Both the position numbers and the translations under genes were made by a program. Positions 18,600 through 27,535 of a stretch of DNA of 64,000 nucleotides are shown in pieces. Position 1 is the stretch's first letter; each line of letters opens with the position of its first letter. The DNA is from Deltaproteobacteria bacterium (GTDB taxonomy: Bacteria > Desulfobacterota > Binatia > Binatales > Binataceae): the NCBI GenBank assembly GCA_021817345.1, contig JAKAVC010000025.1, forward strand, positions 4,454 to 68,453, read 5' to 3'. Under the pieces are notes generated by a model. That model had not been told where the DNA came from. It saw only the letters and a program-made list of their open reading frames with translations, and searched no databases.

Positions 18600-19306
18600 G
18601 CTTTGTCTCCCATCGTGGCGCGAGCCGCTTCGAGGTCGGACGCTTCGTCAACGTCTATCGCCTCGCTTAGTTCGATCGCGCCAAGCAGCAATCCCTTGTC
18701 CAGCAGCATGGCAAGAAACTGCCGCATCGCTCCGAGCCCGGCGGCGCGCGCATCGGCAACAAAATCGAAGATTCGTTGCGGTAAGTAGTAGATGCCGGCG
18801 GTGACGGTGGGGCACTGCCCGCCGCCCAGCCGGGTTATTGTCTGGTTTGTGGAAACCTCCGCGAAAAGCGGACGCTCGTCGCCCCGCCATCGGACGACCC
18901 CGAGCGCTCCGTCCATCGCGCGCTCCGAGGTCATCGCGCGCGCGCTTGAAACAAACCTGCGCATCTCGCCCGCCGGCATCACCGCGTCAACCGTGGCGAG
19001 CACGAAATATCCGGGCGCAAGCCGCTCGCCGAGCGTGAACAGCGACTCCATCGAGTTGGCCGTGTCACGCACGACAAGGTTCAGATATTCTGGCAACTCC
19101 ACCCGGCGTTCCTTAACCAGGCGCGCGGTTTCGGAATTCACCACCGCGAGCACCTCGCTCGCCCCGGCCTCGCGCAGCATCGCCGCCTGACGCGCGATAA
19201 GGGTCTTCGTGCCGAGCGTCACCAACGGCTTTGGGACGCCGCCCGTGCTGCTCCGGAGTCTTTCTCCCCGGCCAGCCGCGATAATTGCTCCTTGCAAGTT
19301 GGCTAC
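18596..19306 (-). CDS. sugar/alcohol-phosphate nucleotidyltransferase (MobA/GlmU-like NTP-transferase domain)
   Basis: N-terminal AIIAAGRGERLRSSTGGVPKPLVTLGTKTLI is the nucleotidyltransferase signature. The likely GTG start at 19306 abuts the stop of the upstream HAD gene. The ORF-track start at 19360 overlaps that gene. Confidence 0.55.
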   Translation of the reverse strand, partial: VANLQGAIIAAGRGERLRSSTGGVPKPLVTLGTKTLIARQAAMLREAGASEVLAVVNSETARLVKERRVELPEYLNLVVRDTANSMESLFTLGERLAPGYFVLATVDAVMPAGEMRRFVSSARAMTSERAMDGALGVVRWRGDERPLFAEVSTNQTITRLGGGQCPTVTAGIYYLPQRIFDFVADARAAGLGAMRQFLAMLLDKGLLLGAIELSEAIDVDEASDLEAARATMGDKA

Positions 19307-20040
19307 CACCGGATGGCGAGAAGCTCGTCGAGCGAGCCGATCACACAATCGGGAACGCACGGGGTTTCCACATCCTTGGGCCCACCATTGCCCGCGTCAA
19401 TGAGGATAGTGCGCATGCCAAGCCGATGGGCCGGGACGCAGTCCTTGAGCAGCGAGTCTCCAACCATCGCCGCCTCCCTGGCGCTTATCTGAAGTCTCGC
19501 GAGCGCCATCTCGAAAATTCGCGGGTCCGGCTTGAATATACCGACGCGCGTCGAGTCGAGCGCCACGTCGATTAGCGCTTCCATCCCGGCCTCTCCAAGC
19601 ACGGTCTCCAGATTCCCGTAGAAGTTTGATACCACCCCGAGCTTGAAGCGTGGCTTTAGTTCTTCGAGAAGCCGACGGCTGTGCTTGAGACCCGCGGAAG
19701 TCTGCTCGACGAAATCCGCGACGATACGCTCGGCAAGCCTCGCACGTCCTTCGCGCCCCATCTGTTCGAGGCTCTCCCTGACACGACGTGGGCCTTCCAT
19801 TCGCAGGCATTCGAGCTGCTTTCCAACCAGAAAGCCGGTCAATCCCGCAAGTCCGAGACCTTCGAGCGAAGCAGGCTGCGCGTAGCCGAGCCGCGTCGCG
19901 TCAGTGAAGGCTCTATCAAACTCCTCACGATGAAGCTCCAGGCCGGCTGAGCGATAACATCCGAGGAACCGATCAAGCCAATGCGAGGCGAGGTCGAGGG
20001 TGCCGCCAAAGTCGAACAGAATCGCGCGAAGCTTGGTCAC
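19303..20040 (-). CDS. HAD-IA family hydrolase/phosphatase
   Basis: N-terminal ILFDFGGTL (DxG motif), VVSNF, and GDSLLKD motif IV. It is the first gene of the 7-gene minus-strand operon. Confidence 0.6.
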   Translation of the reverse strand: MTKLRAILFDFGGTLDLASHWLDRFLGCYRSAGLELHREEFDRAFTDATRLGYAQPASLEGLGLAGLTGFLVGKQLECLRMEGPRRVRESLEQMGREGRARLAERIVADFVEQTSAGLKHSRRLLEELKPRFKLGVVSNFYGNLETVLGEAGMEALIDVALDSTRVGIFKPDPRIFEMALARLQISAREAAMVGDSLLKDCVPAHRLGMRTILIDAGNGGPKDVETPCVPDCVIGSLDELLAIRW

Positions 20041-20180
20041 TTTGTGGCCCAGTTTATCAACCGGCGCAGAGACGCTCCAGAAAGAGCCAAATTAAGGCTT
20101 TGCCGACATCGAGTACGTCTGGCATCTTTGAAGAACCTGTTATCGAACGCTAGCACGTCGACGGTCCCGGAGACTCTGAT

Positions 20181-20882
20181 TTGGGTTACATTGCTGTTAA
20201 ATCCAACGCCTTGCGCGCGTTCTCGCTGGTATTGCTTTGGCTTGTTTTCCCCGTCGCAACCCTCGCCGCCCCATCCGCGGCCCCGGGTGAAAGCACGATC
20301 CGCAGCCTCCTCGCCGCGATGAGAGCCTACGCTCAGGCCAGGACGCCCGCTGAAAGGGCGGCGGCTGCCGCTAAAGTAAGCCGCCGCCTCGCCCTCCGAA
20401 CGGTGGCGCAGGAATCCCTTGGCACCCAATGGCAAAAGCTGAACCGTGCCGAGCGCGACCGCTTCGCGGCACTCTTCGAACGTTCGGTGGAAAGCCTCGC
20501 CTACCCGCGTGCGGCGCGGGCACTTGCGCAAATCAAAGTCAATTATCTTCGGGAAACCGTGAAAGGCCGCGAGCGGTTCGTCCACACGACGGTGACACGA
20601 CCCGAGGGCGGGACGCTTCCGGTCGATTACACACTCACCAAGCAGGACGGCCGCTGGACAGTTGCCGACGTAAGCCTCGACGGGGAGAGTCTCGCAAAAG
20701 CGGTTCGGACCCGCATTCAGAAGGCTCTTAACGAGGAAGGCTACGCGAAGCTCGTGGCCGACCTCAAAAAGCACGTGGAACAGGGGAATTCCGCCAGTTC
20801 CGGAGCCAACGCGCGGTCGTCCGGAAGGGACGGTGCGGACAAAGCACTTTCCGATCGGTCAGTCCAAGAGCCTGCGCGTTGA
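20181..20882 (+). CDS. MlaC/Ttg2D-family periplasmic lipid-binding protein (HpnM-like)
   Basis: Signal peptide, about 230 aa, tolerance-to-toluene Ttg2D-like composition. In other hopanoid producers HpnM is a Ttg2D homologue. TTG start. Confidence 0.45.
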   Translation: MGYIAVKSNALRAFSLVLLWLVFPVATLAAPSAAPGESTIRSLLAAMRAYAQARTPAERAAAAAKVSRRLALRTVAQESLGTQWQKLNRAERDRFAALFERSVESLAYPRAARALAQIKVNYLRETVKGRERFVHTTVTRPEGGTLPVDYTLTKQDGRWTVADVSLDGESLAKAVRTRIQKALNEEGYAKLVADLKKHVEQGNSASSGANARSSGRDGADKALSDRSVQEPAR

Positions 20883-20954
20883 TTTAACACCTGTTTTCAT
20901 CTAAGAAACTTGGTTCTATAACCGTAAGTAATAGGCGGTTAACCAGGAATTCAC

Positions 20955-22151
20955 TTGATCGAGACAGCATTAGTGACTGCGCCGCCACGCGGCGGCGAGG
21001 CGATTTTCGGACGCCCGCTGCTCGAACGGCTTCTGGCCAGCTGCGAACGTGTCGGTATCAAGCGCTTTTTCATCCAGGCAACGGCTGAAGAACGCGAACA
21101 GCTTGCAAGGTCGATGGGTCGGTTTGCGGGACGACCCGAGGTGCGGGTGGTTGACTCGTTCGAGGAGCTGTTGAACGGCCCGAACCGAATTGACCCCTCA
21201 GCGCCGTGCCTCGCGCTCAATGGAAATCTGGTGATTTCGTCGTGGTTCCTGAACCGGATCGTCGCCGAGGGCGAGCATCAGGGGGGCCGGGTGACGACGA
21301 TGCTGAGCGCGGACCCGGAGCGCGCGGGTTCTATCGCGATTGGTCCGGTCGCCGAGTTTGTGCGTGCGGGGGTGGCGGCAGGCACCTCCGCCCGGACCGC
21401 ATCGTGTCTGCCGTTCGCGCTCAACGGACGTCCGGAGGATCGCGAGGAAGCCGAGATGCGCCTTGCTTGCTCGCTCAAGCAGGAGACGGCCGCCACGGAC
21501 GCCTTCCTTGCGCGCCATCTCGATCGCAACCTGTCGTGGCGAATCAGCGTACGGCTCGCGCGTATCCGCGGCGTGACGGCGAACCTCGTTACGGTCGCAA
21601 ACACCGCCGTGGGATTGTTGTGCGGATGGATGTTCGCGTCGCCGTCGTATTGGGTGCGGATGGCGGCGGCGATTTTGTTCCTGGTCTCAATCACGGTTGA
21701 CGGGGTGGACGGCGAGATCGCGCGGCTCACGATGACGGAAAGTAAATTCGGCGGGATGCTCGACAAGGTCACCGACAATGTCGTGCATGTCGCGATTTTT
21801 GCGGGAATTTTTGTCGGTTGCTATAGGACGTCGGGCAGCGCAGCCTATTTATATCTGATTCCGGTCGTGCTCATTGGCTTCTCGCTGTGCGCTATCGCGA
21901 CTTATCGGGCGTTTCGGGTGCACGGTGCCGACGCCGAAGAATGGATTTCAAGGGTGGACAGGACCAGCGGGCGCGATTTTGCCTACCTGCTGGTGCTGCT
22001 CGCGGCCGTTAACCGTTTGAACTATTTCGCCTGGGGTGTCGCATTCGGTACTTACGTGTTCGCCTTCGGCCTGATGTGGCTTACCCAATATCGCTGGGGG
22101 CGAGCGGAAACTGGCGCTGGCCCAAATAGTGCGCCAGCGGAGGAACTATGA
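20955..22151 (+). CDS. fusion protein: N-terminal degenerate NTP-transferase-like domain plus C-terminal CDP-alcohol phosphatidyltransferase domain
   Basis: A perfect CDP-OH phosphotransferase motif DG-x2-AR-x8-G-x3-D-x3-D (VDGVDGEIARLTMTESKFGGMLDKVTD) with flanking TM helices. The N-terminal 180 aa loosely resemble a nucleotidyltransferase domain (ALVTAPPRGGEAIFGRPLLERLL). The overall architecture resembles IPCT/DIPPS-type fusions. TTG start. Confidence 0.55.
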   Translation: MIETALVTAPPRGGEAIFGRPLLERLLASCERVGIKRFFIQATAEEREQLARSMGRFAGRPEVRVVDSFEELLNGPNRIDPSAPCLALNGNLVISSWFLNRIVAEGEHQGGRVTTMLSADPERAGSIAIGPVAEFVRAGVAAGTSARTASCLPFALNGRPEDREEAEMRLACSLKQETAATDAFLARHLDRNLSWRISVRLARIRGVTANLVTVANTAVGLLCGWMFASPSYWVRMAAAILFLVSITVDGVDGEIARLTMTESKFGGMLDKVTDNVVHVAIFAGIFVGCYRTSGSAAYLYLIPVVLIGFSLCAIATYRAFRVHGADAEEWISRVDRTSGRDFAYLLVLLAAVNRLNYFAWGVAFGTYVFAFGLMWLTQYRWGRAETGAGPNSAPAEEL

Positions 22152-23473
22152 AAAAGCCGCGAATTCTGCTGGTTCAGCCGACGACCGTTCATCTGGACGG
22201 AACGCCGCACAAGACCCGATGGCGGCTGATCATCGGGCTCATGATCCCATTGATGGCGGGACTTACACCGCCCGAGTATGACGTAACGCTCTGTGACGAA
22301 CGCCTGGAGGACCTCGACTTCGACGCGGGATGGGATCTGGTCGGAATGACCACCACCATCGGAGCGTCGTTGCGCGCCTATCAACTCGCCGACGAGTTCC
22401 GAAAGCGCGGAATTCCGGTCGTGATGGGCGGCTTTCATGCCACGCTCCAGACCGAGGAGGCGCTAAAACACGCCGACGCCGTGGTCCAGGGCGAGGCCGA
22501 CCTGGTCTGGGCCGAACTGCTCCAGGACTGGCGCGACGGCAAGCTCAAGCGCATCTACAAGGGCGACAAGCTTCACGACCTAAAAAATCTGCCGCGCCCG
22601 CGCCATGAACTGCTTAAGCTCAACCGCTATCTGTTCAAGGCGCTTCCGATCCAGGCAAGCCGGGGATGCCCTTATCGATGCTCGTTCTGCGAGATCCCGG
22701 TCTTCTATGAAGGTTCGTACCGTACCCGTCCGGTCGGCGATATCATCGAGGAAATCAAGAAAAACATCGAGATAACCGGCTTTCGCCGCTTCCAGTTCAT
22801 CGACGACCAGATCACCGGCAAGCATCGCTTCGCCAAGGAACTGTTCAAGGCGCTCGCCCCGCTCAACATCCGCTTCTCGTGCCTGTGGACGGTCAATTCC
22901 AACCACGACGAGGAGCTGCTCGATCTCGCGGCCAAGGCGGGAATCTTTCACGTCAATATCGGCGTGGAATCGATTAGCCAGGACAGCCTGCTGTCGATGA
23001 ACAAGATCCAGAACCACGCCAAGGAATACAAAAAGCTGCTCAAGCGCCTCGAGCAGCACGGCATTTACTACTCGCTCAACTTCCTGTTCGGGCTCGACGA
23101 GGACCATCCCAAGATCTTCGACGACACGCTGCAATTCCTGCACGAGGTGCGCGCCCCCGAGGCGTTCTTCAACACCGTCACGCCGCGCAAGGGCACCCCG
23201 ATGCGCGCGAAGCTGGAGGCCGAGGACCGCGTCATCATCCCCGACGCCGACATGTACACCAACAACTTCCGCTGCATGTTCATCCCGAAGAAACTCAGCC
23301 CGCAGCAGGTCGAGGAAGGCGTCTGGCGATGCACCAAGGAATTCTACTCGTTCAGGTCGATGTTTAAACGCCTGCTGATGCCGCCGAATAAGTACACCTG
23401 GCAGGGCCTGACCGAGAACATGCTGTTCTGGTACGGCGCGAAGCGTCAGATCGATCCGGTCGATTACTATTGA
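22148..23473 (+). CDS. B12-binding domain radical SAM enzyme (class B; HpnJ/HpnP/HpnR-like candidate)
   Basis: N-terminal cobalamin-binding Rossmann domain, then QASRGCPYRCSFCEIP (CxxxCxxC), 441 aa. The start overlaps the upstream stop (ATGA). Confidence 0.7.
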   Translation: MKKPRILLVQPTTVHLDGTPHKTRWRLIIGLMIPLMAGLTPPEYDVTLCDERLEDLDFDAGWDLVGMTTTIGASLRAYQLADEFRKRGIPVVMGGFHATLQTEEALKHADAVVQGEADLVWAELLQDWRDGKLKRIYKGDKLHDLKNLPRPRHELLKLNRYLFKALPIQASRGCPYRCSFCEIPVFYEGSYRTRPVGDIIEEIKKNIEITGFRRFQFIDDQITGKHRFAKELFKALAPLNIRFSCLWTVNSNHDEELLDLAAKAGIFHVNIGVESISQDSLLSMNKIQNHAKEYKKLLKRLEQHGIYYSLNFLFGLDEDHPKIFDDTLQFLHEVRAPEAFFNTVTPRKGTPMRAKLEAEDRVIIPDADMYTNNFRCMFIPKKLSPQQVEEGVWRCTKEFYSFRSMFKRLLMPPNKYTWQGLTENMLFWYGAKRQIDPVDYY

Positions 23474-23557
23474 GCCGGCCTGTTCGCCGTAAACCCTGAA
23501 AATCCGCGCGGGGCCGGAGCGATTCGCTTCGGCCTCGCGTCTTTGCGCGAAGCCGCC

Positions 23558-24034
23558 TCATCCGCCGCCGCGCACGCGCCTGTCTGCCGCCTGCGTCTTC
23601 AACCCCTCCAGGTGCAGATAGGAGTAAAGCGCCGAAAAAGCCGCGGCGTGAAAGGCAGCCGCGTACGCGGACAGAAGCCGGAGCTGCGCAATCCGACCCG
23701 CGCCGCGCCCGGTTAGAAGCCGCCAAACTCCGAAGAGCGAGAAAACCACGAGCGCGTAAGCCAGCATCCAGAGCGGCAGCCGGCGCATCCATCGCGGAGC
23801 GCCGCGCGTGGCCGCCTTCCACTTGTCACGCCATCGCAGACCGCGCGTCATCGCGTGCCCGGCGAGAAACGCCGGCATCCACACGATGAAGACCGCAACG
23901 AAGGCCGCCACGGTCAAATCGAAGAGCATCGGTGTCCAGATTCCGGCGAGCGAGACTACATGCAGGCACGCGCTTGTGACCGCGCCCGCTCCCGAAAGAA
24001 CCAGAAACGGCACGGCCCACGATTGGCGCGACAT
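23558..24034 (-). CDS. hypothetical small integral membrane protein
   Basis: 158 aa with 3-4 hydrophobic helices and no recognisable family. Confidence 0.3.
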   Translation of the reverse strand: MSRQSWAVPFLVLSGAGAVTSACLHVVSLAGIWTPMLFDLTVAAFVAVFIVWMPAFLAGHAMTRGLRWRDKWKAATRGAPRWMRRLPLWMLAYALVVFSLFGVWRLLTGRGAGRIAQLRLLSAYAAAFHAAAFSALYSYLHLEGLKTQAADRRVRGGG

Positions 24035-24137
24035 GCAACCCTTCTAGCGGCTCATGAACCGGCGTTCCAGACCGCCCTGCTCCATCAAGCCGCCCGCAGC
24101 CGAACCCGGTACGCGACGATGAAGTGTCGCCGACCCG

Positions 24138-24539
24138 TTATTTAGCGGCGCCCTCGGGCGCGGACGCGAAGCCGCCGCATGCGGGGCTCGGCCGGATACG
24201 GTTTCGGTTGTCCACGTGAACAACCGTCGGCACATGACGGCGCGCCTCCGCCTCGTCCATCGCGCCGAACGTCGCGATTATAACGATGTCACCGGGGGTT
24301 CCGCGAAGCGCCGCCGCGCCGTTGAGCGCCACCTCGCCCGAGCCGCGCGGTGCCTCTATCGCGTAGGTTTCGAGCCGTTCTCCGTTGCTGACGTTCCAGA
24401 CGTGAACCTGTTCGAACGGGATAATTCCCGCCGCGTCGAGCAGGTCGCGGTCGATGCCGATACTTCCTTCGTAATCGGGGTCCGCTCCGGTGAGGGTCAG
24501 GCGATGGAGCTTCGCCCGCAACATGATCCTGGTTGCCAC
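24138..24539 (-). CDS. panD: aspartate 1-decarboxylase
   Basis: [24 protein letters not shown] with the Gly-Ser self-cleavage site, and a [14 protein letters not shown] motif. Confidence 0.8.
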   Translation of the reverse strand: MATRIMLRAKLHRLTLTGADPDYEGSIGIDRDLLDAAGIIPFEQVHVWNVSNGERLETYAIEAPRGSGEVALNGAAALRGTPGDIVIIATFGAMDEAEARRHVPTVVHVDNRNRIRPSPACGGFASAPEGAAK

Positions 24540-24588
24540 CTTGCCTCCGAAAAATCAGTCGGTACGAAAATGCGCTCGCGTCGAACGT

Positions 24589-25470
24589 TTATGCCCGCAG
24601 GCGCTCGCGTGAAACCGCCGAGGCGCGCAGCACGATGTTGTCGATCAGCCGGGTGTTGCCGACCCGCGCGGCGATTGCGAGCAGAATCGGCCGTTCTAGT
24701 GAAACTGCGGCCTCCAGCGTCTCGGCGTCGACCGCCTCCACGTATTCGATTTTGACCGCCTCGTTCTGTTCGAGCACCGCCCGCGCCGCCGCGGCCAGAT
24801 CTGCGGGCGTGCGCGCGTCCCACAGGTATTTCTCGCGCGCGACCATCAGTGCGCGGCTCAGCGCCAGCGCCTGCTTTCGCTCGTGCGGGTCGAGGTAGGC
24901 GTTTCGCGACGACATCGCAAGCCCGTCGGCCTCGCGCACGATCGGCATCGGAACGATCTCGACATCGAAATTCAAATCGGCGACCATCCGCTCGATCGCG
25001 CGAAGCTGCTGGAAATCCTTCTCGCCAAAGAACGCCAGATGCGGTTTGGTTATGTTGAAGAGCTTTGCAACCACGGTGGTCACGCCGCGGAAATGCCCCG
25101 GACGCGAGCGCCCGCACAGCCCCCTGGTCAGCTCCGTGACCTCAACCCAAGTCTGAGCTCCCGGCGGATACATCTCGGCCGCATCGGGCGCATAAACCGC
25201 ATCCACCGCAACCGTTTCCATCATCGCGCAGTCGCGTTCGAAGTTGCGCGGATACTTTGCGAGATCCTCGTTCGGCCCGAACTGGGTTGGATTCACGAAC
25301 ACCGAGGCGATCACGACATCGGCGCGCCGGCGCGCCTCGCGCATCAGGCTCAGATGTCCCTCGTGCAGAAAGCCCATCGTGGGCACGAAGCCAATCCGTG
25401 CTCCGCGCATCCGCGCGGCCTCGGAATAGAGCGTCATTTCACGCGCGCTGTTGATTATTTCCACGGTCAC
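24589..25470 (-). CDS. panC: pantoate--beta-alanine ligase
   Basis: [16 protein letters not shown] (HxGH motif), FGEKDFQQ, and [15 protein letters not shown]. The GTG start overlaps the panB stop (GTGA). The ORF-track N-terminal extension is not used. Confidence 0.8.
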   Translation of the reverse strand: MTVEIINSAREMTLYSEAARMRGARIGFVPTMGFLHEGHLSLMREARRRADVVIASVFVNPTQFGPNEDLAKYPRNFERDCAMMETVAVDAVYAPDAAEMYPPGAQTWVEVTELTRGLCGRSRPGHFRGVTTVVAKLFNITKPHLAFFGEKDFQQLRAIERMVADLNFDVEIVPMPIVREADGLAMSSRNAYLDPHERKQALALSRALMVAREKYLWDARTPADLAAAARAVLEQNEAVKIEYVEAVDAETLEAAVSLERPILLAIAARVGNTRLIDNIVLRASAVSRERLRA

Positions 25471-26300
25471 GCTCCCTTTAAGCCGTAGCAATGCTCCGGG
25501 CCGGGAAAGCTCCGCTCGCGAACCTCGCGGATATAGGCGGTCGCCGCGCCCGCGGCCTCCCGCCATAGATTCGCGTAGGTCTTTGCGAAGCGCGGCACGA
25601 ACGAGGACGTAAGCCCGAGCATGTCATGCATCACGAGCACCTGCCCGTCGCAATCCGGGCCGGCGCCTATTCCGATCGTGGGCACCGAGACGCTCGCGGT
25701 GATTTCGCGCGCAAGCGGTGCCGGGATACCTTCGAGCACGATCGCAAAAGCTCCCGCCTGCTCGATAGCGCGGGCGTCCTCGAGCAGCCGCTCGCGGCAT
25801 CCGGGGCCATGTCCCTCGCGCCGGCCCTGAACCCGATGGCCGCCCATGCGATGGATCGACTGCGGCGTAAGCCCGACGTGGCCCATCACCGGAATATCGA
25901 CCCGCGTCAGCCGGGCAACCGTGTCGGCCACGAAGATCCCGCCCTCGAGTTTGACCGCTTCGGCGCCGCCTTCCTTGATGAGGCGCCCGGCGTTGCGCAT
26001 CGCGTCCTCGGGACTCACCTGGTAGGAGAGAAACGGCATGTCCGCGACGACCAGAGCGCGTTTTCCGCCCCGCACAACCATCCGGGTGTGGTAGATGATC
26101 TCGTCGACGGTCACGGGCAGCGTGCTGTCGGCGCCCTGCACCACCATCCCGAGGCTGTCGCCGATAAGCAGCACGTCCACGCCCGCCTCGTCGAAGATCC
26201 GCGCGAACGCGAAATCGTACGCCGTCAGCATCGTGATTGGCGTCGCCGCCGCCTTCATCCGGGCCAGGTCTGGCACTCGAACCTTCGCCTGATTCATCAT
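25467..26300 (-). CDS. panB: 3-methyl-2-oxobutanoate hydroxymethyltransferase
   Basis: [35 protein letters not shown] and [11 protein letters not shown] motifs. Start taken at the internal MMNQAK, preceded by a GGGAAAGAG RBS. Confidence 0.8.
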   Translation of the reverse strand: MMNQAKVRVPDLARMKAAATPITMLTAYDFAFARIFDEAGVDVLLIGDSLGMVVQGADSTLPVTVDEIIYHTRMVVRGGKRALVVADMPFLSYQVSPEDAMRNAGRLIKEGGAEAVKLEGGIFVADTVARLTRVDIPVMGHVGLTPQSIHRMGGHRVQGRREGHGPGCRERLLEDARAIEQAGAFAIVLEGIPAPLAREITASVSVPTIGIGAGPDCDGQVLVMHDMLGLTSSFVPRFAKTYANLWREAAGAATAYIREVRERSFPGPEHCYGLKGA

Positions 26301-26310
26301 CTCTTTCCCA

Positions 26311-26346
26311 AAAAAAACGGGGTCGCCGTCGAACCGGCAACCCCGC
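26311..26346 (-). terminator. intrinsic terminator or attenuator hairpin immediately upstream of panB
   Basis: Minus-strand GGGGUUGCCG-GUUCGAC-CGGCGACCCC forms a 10-bp GC-rich stem followed by U8. The U-tract ends 10 nt before the panB ATG. Confidence 0.6.
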
Positions 26347-26578
26347 TTAAGAGCAGACTCAAGAAGGTCAGCGCCCAAGCCTTGATTCGGGTCCCGGTCC
26401 GGTAATTCGGATCCAGGCGCGAGCCCAAGCTTTATTTGTCTAGCGTCCCCTGTCCGCCGTGACGCAAAATCCATCGGCCTCGCCGGGTAAAACCTCGACG
26501 GGCCTGTCCCAGTCTTTCTAGTACAACAGGCGCCTTACAGTAAAGCCCGATTTGCCTTATACCGCGGAGCCAACAGTC
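26347..26578 (-). ncRNA. candidate cis-regulatory leader or small RNA upstream of panBCD (possibly a pan-motif-type element)
   Basis: About 230 nt with no credible ORF, lying between the PDZ-protein stop and a terminator that directly abuts the panB RBS. Function not verified. Confidence 0.25.
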
Positions 26579-27535
26579 TTACTGCGAGGCGGTTTGCGTG
26601 GTCGATGGGATGGGAACCCTGATCTGGACCCGCTTTCCGTTGCGTATCACGGACAGATAGACAATTTCGCCTGGAAGGGTCTTGCGCATCTGGTCCTCGA
26701 AATCCATAAAATTCGTCACCCTGACGCCGTCGATGCCGATTACCATGTCGTAGGATTCGCCAATCCGCGTGTAGTCGAGCACCGGCAACGCAAGGATCGC
26801 TGGCGGACAGACCATCGCGGCCGCTAGCACGGCTCCGGTCAGGACACTGTGCGCGGTAGTCTTGAAAGGCTGCAATCCCGCCTTGGCCGCCGGGCTTCCA
26901 GGAAAGACTTTCACCACCAGCAGCCCGTCAGCCACCTCCCCGGAGTCGAGTTTACGGCGCGCCTCGACAAATTGGGCGCCGATCTCGGAGGTCTCCGTGC
27001 CCTGCGCCACGAATTCCCTGAGCGTTCCAAGCTGCGCGTCGAGATCCTGTTCGGCCTGGTAGCTCTTTATGTCGTTGTCGCTTGAGGACGCGGTTGATTC
27101 AGGCGAAGCCACCTGTTCGTCTGGCTGAGAAGCGGCGGGCGGAGCGGCCCGCGGGATTACCTGGGTGGACTCGGGCGGCACCTGCGGACTCATCAGCACG
27201 CCGGAGCCTTCGATAACCGGCGTTTTGATCTCCGCGGCCCGCGACCGGCTCCATCCTCGGCTGCCGACAGGAACGGGCGTGGACGACGCCGACGGTGAAG
27301 GCGACGCTTCGGGCGCGTTCGATGGCGACTCCGCAATCGCGCCTGTGGACCCGGGAGCCGCTGACGGAGAACCGCCGCCCGCCGCAGACATCCGCGCGGC
27401 GTCGGCCGCGGTGATCGGGACGGGCGGTTCCGACTGCGCGCACACCGACGCGCATGCGACAAGCATTATCGCTGCGCCCGCGAACGCGGCGGCGGCAATC
27501 CTCCGCCTACGCGATAAGACTCCAGCGGCTCTCAT
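26579..27535 (-). CDS. secreted PDZ-domain protein with a Pro/Ser/Ala-rich low-complexity linker
   Basis: Signal peptide, long S/P/A-rich region, and a C-terminal PDZ-like GLLVVKVFPGSPAAKAGLQP...IGIDGVRV. The true start is probably internal. Confidence 0.45.
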   Translation of the reverse strand: MRAAGVLSRRRRIAAAAFAGAAIMLVACASVCAQSEPPVPITAADAARMSAAGGGSPSAAPGSTGAIAESPSNAPEASPSPSASSTPVPVGSRGWSRSRAAEIKTPVIEGSGVLMSPQVPPESTQVIPRAAPPAASQPDEQVASPESTASSSDNDIKSYQAEQDLDAQLGTLREFVAQGTETSEIGAQFVEARRKLDSGEVADGLLVVKVFPGSPAAKAGLQPFKTTAHSVLTGAVLAAAMVCPPAILALPVLDYTRIGESYDMVIGIDGVRVTNFMDFEDQMRKTLPGEIVYLSVIRNGKRVQIRVPIPSTTQTASQ

